Assembly (NCBI GenBank): GCA_040954595.2
Contig: CM082586.2
Coordinates: 11,315,337 to 11,379,336, forward strand
Origin: Balanoglossus misakiensis
Lineage: Eukaryota > Animalia > Hemichordata
Reading direction: 5' to 3'
Length of the DNA: 64,000 nt
Shown: positions 13,842-27,353 of the stretch, one piece after another
Numbering within the stretch: the first letter of the stretch is position 1
Layout of the letters: every line of letters starts with the position of its first letter
Notes under the pieces: generated by a model
What the model saw: only the letters and a program-made list of their open reading frames with translations
What the model was told of the DNA's origin: nothing
Database searches by the model: none
Made by a program: the position numbers and the translations under genes

Positions 13842-16253
13842 TTAAGTTAGATGACTACCCAGATGCAGTGCATGGTTATCACATTCCATAGCCTAACATG
13901 TAGAATTCTGAGAAAACAGTATTACAATATTGTTATTTCCGTGAAATTTTCAGAAAAGGTGTTAAAAGAGGAGCATTATTAAATTATATAAAAATGTTGG
14001 ATCACACAACATATCAAATGATACTCTAAATAAAGAAGAAAATTTCTTATAATGAAGTGTTTGTGTCAGATTGAACAGTTAAGGTTGATCTCCACAAGCA
14101 CTTCATGCATGTTATCAGTTCTATGATTATGAAAAATTATTCCTACCATCACATTCTGTTTCATATAGGGCACCCTCTCTGCCTGTAGTGTAGCCAGTTG
14201 GGCATGGTTGACAAGCATCCTGGTTGAATTCAAAGTTATATGTTCCAACAGGGCATTTCTCACATCTATAGGACTCCTGATTCAAGTACCAACCAACATT
14301 GCAGTAAGCTGTTGATGGAATGGAAAAAGAGCATAGAATAAAATTGGAGGACTATCATTATTCTGAACAACTGAGGCACAATAATACAACCTTCAGTTCA
14401 GTACAGTTGAGATACAACATGAAAAGTTGTATACATAATACTTACAAACATTACAATCTTCACTTAAGGTTGAACCGACTGCTCTTGTGGTGAAGCCAAA
14501 TGGGCACGGCATACAAGATGGCTGAAGTTCAGCATTTGATCGATAGGTTCCCATGGGACACGACTCACAAGACCCATTGACACTAAGTTGGACTCCCACT
14601 GATTTACATACCTCTGTAATTGAGAAGATTAATTTTTTGATATTCACGATTATCTGCTTTTCACTCACGTGAATTTGTTAAACTGTTGAATATGTTACAT
14701 ATCTGGCGGTTCTAAAGTAAAAACCTACTCGGAAAAAAGTTTACTGGATGCCGAAATATTGCTTGCCTGTCACTTACAAATGATAACGCCATGGGTACGT
14801 CACATGGCCAGATCATGTGATTGATAGTCAAGAATAGCAAATAACACAAGTACCTAACCTGACATTGTGACTCATCAGTAGCTCCTTCAACTAATGTAAG
14901 CATTTCCTTTGGGCAAGTATTACACACAAACTTTCCTTCTTCTGATTGCCAGAATCCAATGGGGCAGCTTTGGCACTAAGAAGTCCCGTTGTCAAAGTAG
15001 TGACCAACATCGCACCTCTCTGCAATAGACATCATTGTTGAAAAATTATTTTTTCAACCAAAGAGATGAACATTCCAATTGTCATTCTTTCCATATTGGA
15101 TCACACCACAATAATTTGATATATACGTCACAATTCCCGTCAAGGGGTATGGGGTTTTATCGGGCCAGTGGCATGAGTGAGGCTAGACGCTAGTTTTGGA
15201 AGCAAAGCGGACAAAATACGGCTAGATACTAGGCTATGGCTGTGGACGAGGAGGAGATATTGCCTTCTGTTATACATAACAAAACACTGCAAGATGGATA
15301 ATGATCTCTTTCCCCTGGTGACTCCATTATTTGGACAGGCATTGCATGCTGTTTGTCCTTCAAGGGGTTGATAATATCCAATTGCACAAGGATGGCACTG
15401 ACTCAGCTCAGTGTCATGGTACGACCCTTCAGGACACAATACTGTGGAAATACAAAATGTTGAAGGCAGATGTATACATTGTTCATGTACTGATCATTAT
15501 GCATTAATGGTTTAAAACACAACTACAATTGTAACACACAGCATTCATTTTGGCCAGTTTTTCACTCTTGTGTCTACAAGTGGGATTGCAGTTGTGTGTG
15601 GTTGAATGTTGATTCACTATATATCCACATGTAGAATAACATTAACTGTGTCTTCTATCAAACATAATTAATGGAAAAAGGGCAGCGAGAAAGAGACTTT
15701 GTCCCTCCTTGGTATGAGCATATCAAATCAATTATTTCCTTATATCACCTCTTGGTTGGGTTGTATTTACCACTCACACTTGTCTTTAATTTGTACACTG
15801 CGACTCACAACCACACTCGCAGCAATACGGCCCACCTAACAGGTCATATCAGGCGATATAAACATATTAACATCTACACCTTTTTATAATATTAATTTTG
15901 GACACAGTTTTAATCCTTTCACCACCATGGTTCAGTCCAAACCAATTGTTTTCTATGGTAAGGTTTGACCTCTATAGAGGAAACTGGGAGTGAAAGGGTT
16001 AAAGTACATAACAACTGAGGAGTATAGGCACTCACCACATTCTTCTCCAACAAGAACACTACCATTGGAACAGAATATTGTACTTTCAACTTGTAATGTC
16101 TCAGCGTCGACCGAATATTCAGCTGTATCAAAAGGACCATTGTTGACTGCATCTTCAATAACTACAGCTGCAGCATCAGCAGAGCTAATGGATAAAACAA
16201 CATGCAAAAAATTCTTACATATGCCACATTACAATACCAACCGGAAGTGTGTA

Positions 16254-16461
16254 CTGTAAACTGGGTTGTTTTCACGACAGGAAATTTTCGCGATATTAAA
16301 AGAGGCGACTGTTACGTGAGGACGAATTTTCGAGTTCTCGTATTTCACTAACTGCATCATTATCTCCAAAAACATTTTACACAACTTTTTATTTTATCGT
16401 TTTTTTGACCAGCGCATGTTTTGCAGAAATTTACTGCTCGCGAAAATAACACGTTTTGCAG
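16254..16461. mobile_element. TA-flanked MITE (CTGTAAA...TTT(A/G)CAG termini)
   Basis: TA-CTGTAAACTGGGTTGTTTTCACGA ... TCGCGAAAATAACACGTTTTGCAG-TA. Confidence 0.6.
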
Positions 16462-17045
16462 TATATTTCGAATGCATGAATCTTTAGAATACAGGATGCC
16501 GCAACATGAAGGAAGGTGGGCAGAACTGATGGGGTTGCCAAAAACTGAAAATGTTTGAGTGTTAAGACACAAAATAATTTGTTTTCACTTGCATGAATGG
16601 AATATTTTGCAATAATGCAAACACCAGCTGTATAGGGAATACAGAGCTGGTCCTCACACAGCCTGGGATCAGTACCCTAGACATGTCACCAAAGTCATTT
16701 CAATAGAACAGAAGGGGAATAAAATACTCGAAAAATAACAATTACTACTCACGCATTGGTTGTGAAACTGAACTGAACCACAAGCTGAGTATCAGCCTGT
16801 CTCTTTCTTCGGTTTGAGGCGCCGCAGGTTATTTCAAGGTCATCAAAGTTGCATTCACCGCCACAAATACCAAACAAATCATTCAGATAGTTGATAGTGT
16901 TCATAAAACTGATCCTCAATTGCTGGATGACACCATTGTTACATGTACCAGCCTGTGAATTGTATGACACGCCACAATTCACTCCACGTTGAGTCTTCCC
17001 AGGAGCTGCAGTAGAACAATACAAACAAACAAATTTTGTTAAAGA

Positions 17046-17678
17046 TGCAATTTTCAATCTAGCGAACGATGTATTGACTTAGACTGCTAAACCGCTTAGC
17101 CAATCAGGAAAGTTACAGCTGCTTACCCAGAACAAAATATTAAGAAAATAGCTCAAATGTACTGGAGCTTTATATTGGGGTAAGCAGATATGATGTTAAC
17201 AGATTATCTACCTGTAATCACAACCTTGACATACTGTAAAGCAAGAATTTGCATTACTCATATTTCTGTTTTCATTTATAACTAAAAGAAAATTGTCTCA
17301 ATGCTGGAATACCCCCTCTCACAACTCTCTCTCTTTGGAGAATTTTCTGAATGTGCATGTGCAATTTTCAATCTAGCGAACGATGTATTGACTTAGACTG
17401 CTAAACCGCTTAGCCAATCAGGAAAGTTACAGCTGCTTACCCAGAACAAAATATTAAGAAAATAGCTCAAATGTACTGGAGCTTTATATTGGGGTAAGCA
17501 GATATGATGTTAACAGATTATCTACCTGTAATCACAACCTTGACATACTGTAAAGCAAGAATTTGCATTACTCATATTTCTGTTTTCATTTATAACTAAA
17601 AGAAAATTGTCTCAATGCTGGAATACCCCCTCTCACAACTCTCTCTCTTTGGAGAATTTTCTGAATGTGCATGTGCAA
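17046..17678. repeat. Apparently perfect 314-bp tandem duplication in an intron
   Basis: 17046-17359 repeats as 17360-17673, with TGCAA microhomology at the junctions. Confidence 0.95.
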
Positions 17679-18635
17679 CCTGATTATATTTCTTTACTGA
17701 TACCAAATTTTTTTTTTCTCACCTGAACATCCAGGGAAGGTGAATTCCTCGTCTGGATTCTCAGGATTAAAAGATCCTTCACTATGGCAGAGATAGTAAG
17801 GTGCTGGCAGGCTTGCAAACTTGTACCCTGGTAAACAATCCACCTGACAGAACACACCCGACTCAAACTCATTACAGATGGAAATACCTTTAACTGGTGG
17901 TGCTGGCTTTTCACAATCAAATGATGTAAAAGAAAGGAGAACACAGTTTATTTGTCTATATATATATTTTTAATTTTATTTCATCTATCATCCAACAGGC
18001 AAATACTACCCAAATGTCTGTGTCTCATATATCATCCAACAGGCAAATACTACCCAAATGTCCAGGTCTAGGTAACGAACCCACAACCCTAGCCACTAGG
18101 GCACAATGCCTCTTTTACCAGGTTCACACAGGGTAAAATTTGAGACACTATTTGCCAGTGCTAACCACAGAGCATTAATCCTTTGAGTCATGTTGTGTCC
18201 ACACACACAAAGTTTATGTATGGGCGCTGAGGCTCGGCCCCATAGACAATGGGTTGCGGAGAGGTGTTAATCCTTACACCGGCTCAGGTCTGGCTGGCAG
18301 AGCCGTCTAAAATCTGAGACGTTTCAGGACCACTTACACCGTCCACACATGTTTTTTTAAGACAGTATCAATTCTGAGATGCTTCAGAACTGTCTTAATG
18401 GTGTATGTGTGACACCCATATTTATTACACAGTCAAATCTTTTAAACAGAACACCAACACATTAACATGTTTCTATGTAAAAGGGACTAGGAAAAGCTGT
18501 TGGTTGAAGAGAGGTTTCCCGATTAGACAGGGTTTGTTTTAGACGGGTTTGAGTGTCCTTGTATGTTCTGAATGATGTTGTTATAATTTTTGATAGTTAC
18601 ATAGGGACAAAAGTGATAATGATGCAATCATATTA

Positions 18636-18825
18636 CTGTAAAACGGCAAATTTTCCCAAACTTCGGCAAAAAAGAAGAAGAAGATAAAGTCGCATAAAAT
18701 GTTTTTCAGAGATAACAGAGTAGTTAGTAAAATACTAGAATGCGGAAATTTAATTCTCGTGTCACAGTTGCCTCTTTTGATATATTGCAAAATATTTTCT
18801 GTCACGAAAATGTCCCGTTTTACAG
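18636..18825. mobile_element. TA-flanked MITE, related to 16254-16461
   Basis: TA-CTGTAAAACGGCAAATTTTC ... GAAAATGTCCCGTTTTACAG-TA. Confidence 0.65.
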
Positions 18826-20161
18826 TATGTGACAAGACATAACAAGGGGTAGAGATGACAATTTGTCAAGATATTAATTAATTTGTAAAGTTTATGTAGG
18901 AATGATAAAAAAATTCACTCACGCAGTACATAGAGTAAAAAGTTGCACTGTGCATTGTTGCCAGCTGTATCTGAAGCAACATAGCTGATCTGGTAGGTTC
19001 CCCAGGAAAAGGTGTCACCTGTAAGAACAAAATTATGCACATCATTACAGGCATGGGTGCTAAAGCCAAAATAGCTTCCGTTTCTTGAATGTTTGTCATG
19101 ATTTTCTATTCAAACTTAGAATGGTCCATTTAAGTGAGCTATCTGGTGGGTATACACAGGCATATTATCAACTCCTGATTGTGACTGTACATATAAACAT
19201 GAACAAGATATGTATACTAAACAGATATGGTGCCGCACACGTTTATTCAACTGCCCATTGTAAGAGAACACAACATTTGTGGTATGGGTATCCCCAGTAG
19301 TAGTGGAGAATATTAAGTACTTTACTGATTAAAGGCCTTGCTCAACAGTTGGTCAAATCTTTTGTTTCCAATAAACAATTACGTGCAAACACAAATGCTT
19401 TCGAGTTTTAACTTCATTGTACTGCCCTGGGATCGAGGAAAGGGCCTATAAACATATGGTAATAGTATCAGCAATTGAGGCTTTAATACTTGGAAGCAAG
19501 ATCATCTGTCGCACATAGGATGTGCTAGCCATATATGAGTAACGGCCACAAGAATAAACTGTACCAGTATGCTTCATACTGACAATAATCTTAGGAAAGT
19601 TGTCTCAGCTTGTTGGTTTCTGTTTAGATCAACTCCCCACCCCACCCCGATAAAAAAAACTTAGTTAGTGTGAATGTTATATATTATCTATAATCAGAAA
19701 TGATATTTTATAGGAAACTTACCCATTGTGTAGGTTTGTGTCACATTGGCAATGGCGACATCATCTGTAAATATAGGCTCCTGCCATACTCCTGTTGTCA
19801 AGCTATTAGGACTAATTATACGGGTCGTATTGGGACAGTAAATGACTTCAGGAGCGTGTTTATCTGAAGAAAAAAAATGAAAGAATAACAAATGTTTGTA
19901 AATTAAACAACTGGTCCACACCCCATATGCATACACTGGTACATTTAGGTAAATGCACTACTAGATGTTAATATCTGTCACATATTCATGAGAAATCCAG
20001 ATATTGTTAAGTGCTTGTTTTCTGATACATGTGAATAGACTAGATCACTGTCAAGAAACACTACAAGATAGGACAGGAGTCATGAGATGGTATCCATAGG
20101 CATAATAACTGATATGATCAATTACACTCATGATAAGCCTAGTTCTTGGAACAGCAGAAAC

Positions 20162-20250
20162 TGATGATGATGATGGTGATGATGATGACGATGATGATGA
20201 TGATGGTGGTGGTGGTGGTGGTGATGATGATTATGATGATGATGATGGTG
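20162..20250. repeat. (GAT)n/(GGT)n microsatellite
   Basis: Seen directly in the sequence; intronic. Confidence 0.95.
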
Positions 20251-20895
20251 ATAGTGGTTGTGAATAGTATCATTACATTCAGTGTTAAATACATGTACGG
20301 TAGAAACAAAAAGAGTGAGCGATACAGGCATGGGCAGATGATGATTCCCTATACTTCCTAAAGTAGGGAGATTGCAGGCTGTGTGATTGGAGTACAACAC
20401 ACAGCAGCTAGGGGCTGGTGAATGTACACAGGAAAAACTACTCAAAATTTCACACAGTTTTCCCTGGACAGACACAACATTACAAGGAGAGCTGTGTTAA
20501 AGTAAGGATTTAGGATTAATCAACTCTGTGAATATGACCCAATTTCTCCTCGTCAGATTATGCATAAAATTGTTTGATAGTAATGAATAAGGCTATTTAC
20601 CAACAGGTGTGCATGGTGAACCAGAGTAACCAATTGGGCACCTGGTACTTCCACAAGCTGATGGCTGGATTTTGACCACACTACCCAATAACTCTTGATC
20701 CATTTCAACCCACATGACATGATTGCCAAGTGGACTTTGTGAACAGTTCAAAGCCAGACTCTGGATTTCAACAGGAGTCAATACATAATCGTATACATTC
20801 ATCTGTGTAACATCACCATGGAAGCTAAAATAGTTGTCAAGGAGTCCATTTTCGTCATAGCTTTGACCAAGAATTACCATACAGCTGCTGAAAAA

Positions 20896-21750
20896 CTAAT
20901 TAAATATTCACGAGCCACTGCACGTCTACTCATTGGCCCCTATCACCCTACCAAGTTTCAGCCCCCTAGGTGCAGCGGTTTTCCAGATCTAACTGGCCGA
21001 ATTTCTCGGAAGAAGAAGAAGAAGAAGAATTAAAGCTGCGAGCAGCATTGTCGGGCCCAAGCGCTGATCTTGAATTATATATGCACAGTATGAATGAGAA
21101 GAAACAGAATTTTCTATCGGATGTATTATCTCATGACATAACAAGGATGTGTGTATTTTTGCTGCTGAAATAGGGTGAAGTAGGTCAAAGGTCACCTGAG
21201 GTCACCCAACATTTGGGCATTTTTTTTTTACCCATACTGGTCCATGTCCAACAAAAACCAAAACTCTAGCTCTATTGGTTCGCCTGTAATTAGGTATGTG
21301 CATAATTAATGAGGTCAGCAGAGGTCAAAGGGGTCATGAAAAGTAGCAAAATATTTTGATCACACACTAATCCACATTCATCAAAAACCAAACCTCTAGC
21401 CCTATAGGTTAGCCTGGAATTAGATATGCAGAAATAATAACGCATGATAATTAGGTCAAAGGTCATGTGAAAAATCGCCAAAAAATTGTTATATATTTTA
21501 GTCACATGACGATTGATATCCATAAAATTAATTTGTATGCTATCAATTTTTGGACTAGAAAAAGGAATTTCAATTTTTCTCTGTTTTTTACAAAATCCAA
21601 TATGGCCACCATAATCTTCGACCAATCACAATGCTCTTTGCAAACTTGATAGACATCAGTGTAGTGACCATACTCCCCGAATCTTGCGACTCAGTCATCG
21701 CTCGTTCTGGAGAAGAAGATTTTTGGAGTTTAACTATGGTTTTACGAAAA
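20896..21750 (-). mobile_element. Truncated composite HINE (A-type body plus inserted B-type 3' end)
   Basis: 20896-21030 is the reverse complement of ~7380-7503. From 21030, AATTAAAGCTGCGAGCAGCATTGTCGGGCCCAAGC is the reverse complement of a B/C-type 3' end, followed by B/C-type body. Confidence 0.8.
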
Positions 21751-22146
21751 ACCAATAAACCCGCTGTACCTCCGCATGTCTCCACAAGAGCTAGGCGCTC
21801 AAAATCGGTCGGACGCAGACCAGCGGTCTGTCAGGTGTAGTAACCGTAACACCAATAAAGGTAGGTTTTCATTGATTCTAATAGGTCTCCGTTCATCAAC
21901 ATTTCAAATATTCTCCATAATCCAGTAGTTGCCACTGTACTTGAATGAAATATTTCCTTTCAAACTTCCAAATGGTAACCGAATCTCAAATCGCAAATCT
22001 TTCCATTTTAATAACGAAGTCGGATGCCGAAATTACCAACTCACTTTTTCTATCGGACTCCATCATTCTAATACTTTACTTCAATGTTCAAAAATTGTGT
22101 AAAACAATATCCACTCTCAATCTATATTTCAGGTTTAACGGCGTAA

Positions 22147-23020
22147 TGGCATCCCCGGCCTTTGCTCTATCATAGAGGCAAATGGTATTATCTCTTCCAG
22201 TGGAAAAGTTGCGGAGCTGTACGTATTCTCCCTTCTGTAATCTGTTCAGCCACTTCGGATTTTCTTTCCAGAATTTAAGTTCCAGAACGTTGCCATCGTG
22301 CTGCATACAAGGCACGCTAAACAGTTTCCCGTTGGCGGAATTCCGGATCTCGACATCCTCCATGACGCGCAATTTCACAGCCAGGCCTTGGCTGGTTGCA
22401 GATGATGGAGCTAAGGTACGTAACAATCGCACCCCGAAACGCCTGGGCCCTTTTTTGTGTGTAGTCATTGTGGGTATGTTAACCTCCCATGTCCTACATT
22501 TTTAGAAATTTAGTATACAAAACTGGATGACCGATTATGTTTTAGAGACCTTTCCCGAATCCACCTGAAGCCCAGTCGGAATGTCTTGGGATGTAACCTA
22601 AATTCAATATGGCCGCCTCCATGCATTCACTTGCATTTGAAAATACGTTGATTTTATCGTCGATTAGCGGTGTTTATTCTCAGTATCAATTTAAACGCGG
22701 CACTCGCTTACAAGTCATATTCTAGAAAGAAAGAAAAAATGATAGTTTCGAGTACAGATTACATGTATTTTAAAACGAGGTTTGGTAACAATGTTATCAC
22801 TACTAAATGACTTACAATCGATGTTTTTAATTGTCTTTGCACCACAGTATGAATCCGGTGATGGTAAATCGCATTCAACTTAGAAGGCATGGAGAAAGCG
22901 CAACTGATGGTAACTAGGATGCCAAACTGAAACTTTTGGGAGAGAAAACCTTGCCATGTATGGACGTGGGTGTCACAGTTAAACTTGGGTTAAATACTAC
23001 AGCGACAACCGAAGTCCCCT
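22147..23020 (+). pseudogene. Rearranged copy of the OB-fold gene (exon A internally inverted, degenerate exon C)
   Basis: ATG GCA TCC CCG at 22147 is followed by exon A in reverse (ORF 22088..22468 minus: LAVKLRVMEDVEIRNSANGKLFSVPCMQHDGNVLELKFWKENPKW...). The intron then runs forward, and a frameshifted exon C (..KLKLLGEKTLPCMDVGVTVKLGLNTTATTEV) lies at ~22849-23020. Confidence 0.75.
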
Positions 23021-23302
23021 TGAGATATGATATGTGGTAGTGCATGTCCACATGAGTGCCGTGTACTAGCCTCTCTCTCTGTACATCCATCCAGGCTACT
23101 GCTTTCTGTACATTGGAGAGAAATGAGAACAAGATGGTTAAATCATATTTTGTATAAGTTGGTGTTGACGAAAATAAGATGCATGTGAATTGTAGGACTG
23201 AAATGTTTCTGTAATGAATACTAAATTAAAAGTTCACAACTTGCATGCAGATAGTAAGTGCTGGGGAAGTTGCAGGGTGGAGATTGCTTTGGTTTAGTTA
23301 AC

Positions 23303-23627
23303 TTACTCAATCTTTGTGACTGTTGCATTTCTTGATTGATAGAGTAGTGTACATGCATTGGCAGGTTTTCTAATATGGCCTCCTCTGTACCCAAGGTCTG
23401 GCATAAGGTGGGACACTGTAAGTATTTGCCGTCTGACACAGAAGATGCCACTTCTAGAAAAAAATAAAAAGGACAGAATGTGATTGGTAAGACACAGAGA
23501 CGTGAACATGTACACAAAATGATTGGAAATTGGTGGAAGCAAGTACTGCAGTTAATATTTACTCATCTATGTCTATTCCCTCAAATATCCCTTCTACCAT
23601 ATCATCACCATTTGGTTCTTTTAACAC
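23303..23627 (-). pseudogene. Terminal exons D and E of the OB-fold gene (detached, inverted)
   Basis: Exon D 23627-23563 (AG|VLKEPNGDDMVEGIFEGIDIDE|GTAAAT, phase 2). Exon E 23453-23303 (TTTTCTAG|, open to ..NATVTKIE*). An exon D homolog follows exon C at 38480 on the minus strand. Confidence 0.55.
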
Positions 23628-24813
23628 CTTAGGGAAAAATTGAGAGTTACATTAGAAGCACCGACAATAGGAGGGGGGGGGTAAGGTTTGCAGAGAACAG
23701 GTTTTTTTTATGAACATTTGTGAAAATCAGAAATTAGTGACATGTAGGATTTCAATTTTATGATGTAACATTGTTTTCTTTTCAACATCAGTTCTCTGAG
23801 TAAAAAGATGGCCATGTAAATTTTCTCTAAGTTTGTTAGAGAAATAAAGTACATGTACAACTTTAGTGTTTCACTAATTGAGTTTCAGTGTTCTTGTATT
23901 GTCTCCTTTGCCCCATGTCAACCTCAAAGTAAATATCAAATTTGCCATTTTTGACTTATTTATCCTTGTAGTGGGCCACATAGCATTTTAGTGCAACTTA
24001 TGAAAATCTGAAGAACCAAATGCCTAATTTACCCACTCTGCACAGATTTATTTCAATGGTACTGACTTGATGATCGGTATAGCGCCCTCTGTGGTAGGGG
24101 GTGGGGGGTTAACCTAGCCTTTATATGTTTATCCCTGTCCGGTTTCATTCCAATTGTATCTATGGTAACCTTATTATCAGCAGTAAATGCCACAATTGTA
24201 AAACAGCAATAATTTTAGTATCAAGCACTCTGTGGAATTAAATATACCCTGTGTATTCTTTGTTTCCCATTAGTAATCATGCAACCTTGCCATTTTGGGC
24301 CTTCTGATTTGCTGTATGTGCTCACTAGTCCTTCCCAACGTCTCTGAATTAGAAGGCCATTGTCATTTGTATAGTGTAGACACATTTCATTTTAGTACAA
24401 CTGATGAAAGTCTCGTGAAAAACCAAATGCTTAATTTACCCACTGTGCAAAGATTATCTGAATGATATTGTGTTGATCGTCATATAGTATAGCGCCCTCT
24501 GCGATAGTATTTGGATGATTGTGCCAGGGAGAAGGGGGTACTGAGGGAGCAGATGCAGATGACAGCAAGGCATATCCACTGAACAATGAGACGGTACGTG
24601 TTGTCAGCATTCAGGGAGAGTAAAAAGGGGAGCGCAAGAGACCAGGATGAAGAGACGAGCAGTATTGCATCATCTGTGGAAAAAAATGCCAAGAGAAGGT
24701 AAGTGTGGAAGACAAGCACTTAGGGGTTATAAACAAATGTTTTTTTGTGGACACATTTTAGTATCAAGCATTGTGGAATTAAATATACACAGTGTGTGTT
24801 GTGTGTTAGATAG

Positions 24814-25315
24814 GTACATACATACATACATACATACATACATACATACATACATACATACATACATACATACATACATACATACATACATACATACATA
24901 CATACATACATACATACATACATACATACATACATACATACATACATACATACATACATACATACATACATACATACATACATACATGCATGCATACATG
25001 CATACATACATGCATACATACATGCATACATGCATACATACATGCATACATACATGCATACATACATGCATACATGCATACATACATGCATGCATACATA
25101 CATGCATACATACATGCATACATACATGCATGCATGCATACATACATGCATGCATGCATACATACATACATACATACATACATACATACATACATACATA
25201 CATACATACATACATACATACATACATACATACATACATACATACATGCATGCATACATACATGCATACATACATGCATACATACATGCATGCATACATA
25301 CATGCATACATACAT
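24814..25315. repeat. Compound (TACA)n/(TGCA) microsatellite, ~500 bp
   Basis: Seen directly; it generates the spurious YIHT/MYVC ORFs. Confidence 0.98.
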
Positions 25316-25349
25316 GGAAAACACACAGCAAATGGACTCCTTTTTTTAT

Positions 25350-25423
25350 CATCCTCACCAGGAATCGAACCAGGATCCCTTATCACAAAGTGACAAGTGT
25401 GTTAACCATTACACCATGAGGAT
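25350..25423 (-). ncRNA. tRNA-like cloverleaf (tRNA-Gln-derived, atypical anticodon arm), copy 2
   Basis: Reverse complement reads ATCCTCA TG GTGT AATGGTTA ACAC A CTTGTCACTTTGTGATAAG GGAT CCTGG TTCGATT CCTGG TGAGGAT G. A and B boxes are present and the 7-bp acceptor stem is perfect. Confidence 0.65.
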
Positions 25424-25635
25424 TGTTTTATCTCCACTAACTGCCAACACACTGTCCAATTGCACATTCACTCACTGACATATTCAACACACCAGTTTTT
25501 TTATTTCAATAAAAATTCACAAATGCATGTGAGAAATAACAGAGAGTCAGAAATTGGCATCCACAGGAGTTACTGCATTGCTATATGGTATTATAGAGCA
25601 GCCAATGCAGTCTAACACTTTTATTAGCTTATTAA

Positions 25636-25938
25636 AGGCAGAAAGTCTCTTTGCTGCCCTTTTTTAATAATTATGTGTGATACAAGAGACTGTTAATGTG
25701 GATATATAGTGAATCAACGTTCGACCACACACAGCTTCCATCCCGTTTGTAGGATATGACAGTAAAAACTCGCCCAAAATGAATAAATGGTAAAGACCAA
25801 TTATTCATTTTGGCAAGATTTTTCACTCTCGTGACTACAAGCAGTGTGTGTTGTTGAATGTTGATTCACTATATATCCACATGTACATTAACATAAATGG
25901 TGTCTTGCATCAAACATAATTAATGGAAAAGGGTCCCT
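25636..25938. mobile_element. Diverged copy of the palindromic TTAA MITE family
   Basis: TTAA-AGGCAGAAAGTCTC ... GTCCCT-TTAA, with arms similar to 34119-34462. Confidence 0.75.
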
Positions 25939-27187
25939 TTAATTTATATACTTATCAAATTGTAAGCTAACCAATATGGTTAGAAGTCCGATTTGCTTGG
26001 ACGTGAACCAATATGATCTATCAAAATTTTCTGGTAAAAGTTTGAGTAACTATAACGTGTGCTTTCACCTTTTTTCATCATGTTGCTTGGGCCCTGACAA
26101 TGCTGCTTTATAGCTACTACAGGATTAGATTACTTCCATTTGGCAGTAGCATATAAGTGTAATGGTGTAGAAAGTTTATCCTGTTTACTGGAAGAGGAAT
26201 TGCAAGAGAAACCATGTGTTATAAAAAAAAATAGAAGATATTAAATAGCCTTAGTAAACATTTCCCAGAAACATTTCAATGAACAGTTACCATAATGTAC
26301 TTTACATTAGAGTCAGAGGTGACTAAAAGGCTAATATTGTCATTTGTGAAATGTACACAATTGTATTTATATTGTCGGTGAACTGTTTAGCTGTGTTGTC
26401 AGTTATGTTGAGCTTATTAGATTGGGTGATTGTCTTATTGGGTGAGTGGTGTCACTGTCTGTCACTTTTCTTTACTGAAACCACGGGGCCAATTACTTTG
26501 AAATTTAGTATGCAGGTTCCTAGGGTGAAGTTGGTAGAGTTTATGTAAATTGTGGTGAAATGTGTAATTTTTGATCAATTTTAGTTGTGTTTAGTTAAAT
26601 TCTTTGTACAATTACTTTGAAATTTAGTGTGTAGGTCCTTGGGGTTGATTTTACTGGAATTTGCTCAATTTGTGACAGAATGTGGAATATGTTATTTCGG
26701 AAGCAATTGCTTGTTTGGTCTTTTTTATTTCATAAACCAGATACTGTGATTGTTTTTCTGTTCTTTTTTGTATGTGTGTCTATTTTCACAATTGAAATAA
26801 ATTAATATAAGGCTATATAAAATAAATTGGTGTTTTATGCTTTTTGTGTAAGTATGAATGTATGTATGTGTGTAAAAAGATTGATATTGTTTGTATGGTT
26901 GATATCAGATATCATATGTCTTATAGTGAGAAAGAAACCACTACACAATCCCTAGTAGTATTTGTGGTAATATATCTGTTTTGAGAATATAGCCCATTAG
27001 TATATTGTAGTCTTTGTACAACTTTTCTTCAAAATGTGTTATATGAACAAATAAAATATGGCAAGAAGATGAATTGTTTCGAAGAATGAATCATAATAAA
27101 CAGTAGAATTTGGTCAATTTTTGTTCAGGCATAAAGAAATAGCTTGTACATGAGCTTGCACGACGGTATTTGGTCAATACAGGGCGC

Positions 27188-27228
27188 ATGTATGTATGTA
27201 TGTATGTATGTATGTATGTATGTATGTA

Positions 27229-27297
<69 letters not shown>

Positions 27298-27300
27298 ATG

Positions 27301-27332
<32 letters not shown>

Positions 27333-27353
27333 CATGCATGCATGCATGTATGT
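27188..27353. repeat. (ATGT)n(GT)n(ATGT)n microsatellite
   Basis: Seen directly. The right flank (27340-27388) is the reverse complement of the left flank of the 24814 microsatellite. Confidence 0.95.

Larger units (their letters stand above)
12052..20887 (-). pseudogene. 3' part of a uninflatable/SVEP1-like type I membrane protein gene (pentraxin/LamG C-terminus, EGF, HYR, sushi, RRKR furin site, 4 ephrin_rec_like/GCC repeats, cbEGF, EGF, TM, NPxY tail); disabled in this sequence
   Basis: Phase-consistent exons on the minus strand: 20887-20601, 19863-19723, 19018-18923, 17923-17723, 17005-16753, 16184-16036, 15441-15280, 15019-14858, 14613-14446, 14308-14147, 13578-13456, 13161-13033, 12765-12669 (TM VIIGGVAGGLAAVLVLGVIMLLMY) and 12316-12052 (HYNPMY, ends DRYF*). 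Lesions: in-frame TAG at 14978-14976, acceptor CAT at 17926-17924, donors starting TT at 15279 and 14857. Confidence 0.85.

Noticed and set aside
14976-14978. Programmed stop readthrough or recoding
   Set aside because: The codon is TAG (not Sec TGA) and co-occurs with broken splice donors on both neighbouring introns.
17924-18922. U12 or other non-canonical intron explaining the CAT acceptor
   Set aside because: The donor is the U2-type GTGAGT without the RTATCCTT signature, and other independent lesions indicate damage.
20128-20475. Poly-His / poly-Met ORFs
   Set aside because: Intronic trinucleotide repeat with no splice or domain support.
24647-25478. Long ORFs (YIHT/MYVC repeats), also at 27091-27480 and 61346-61605
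   Set aside because: They are translations of TACA/ATGT microsatellites.
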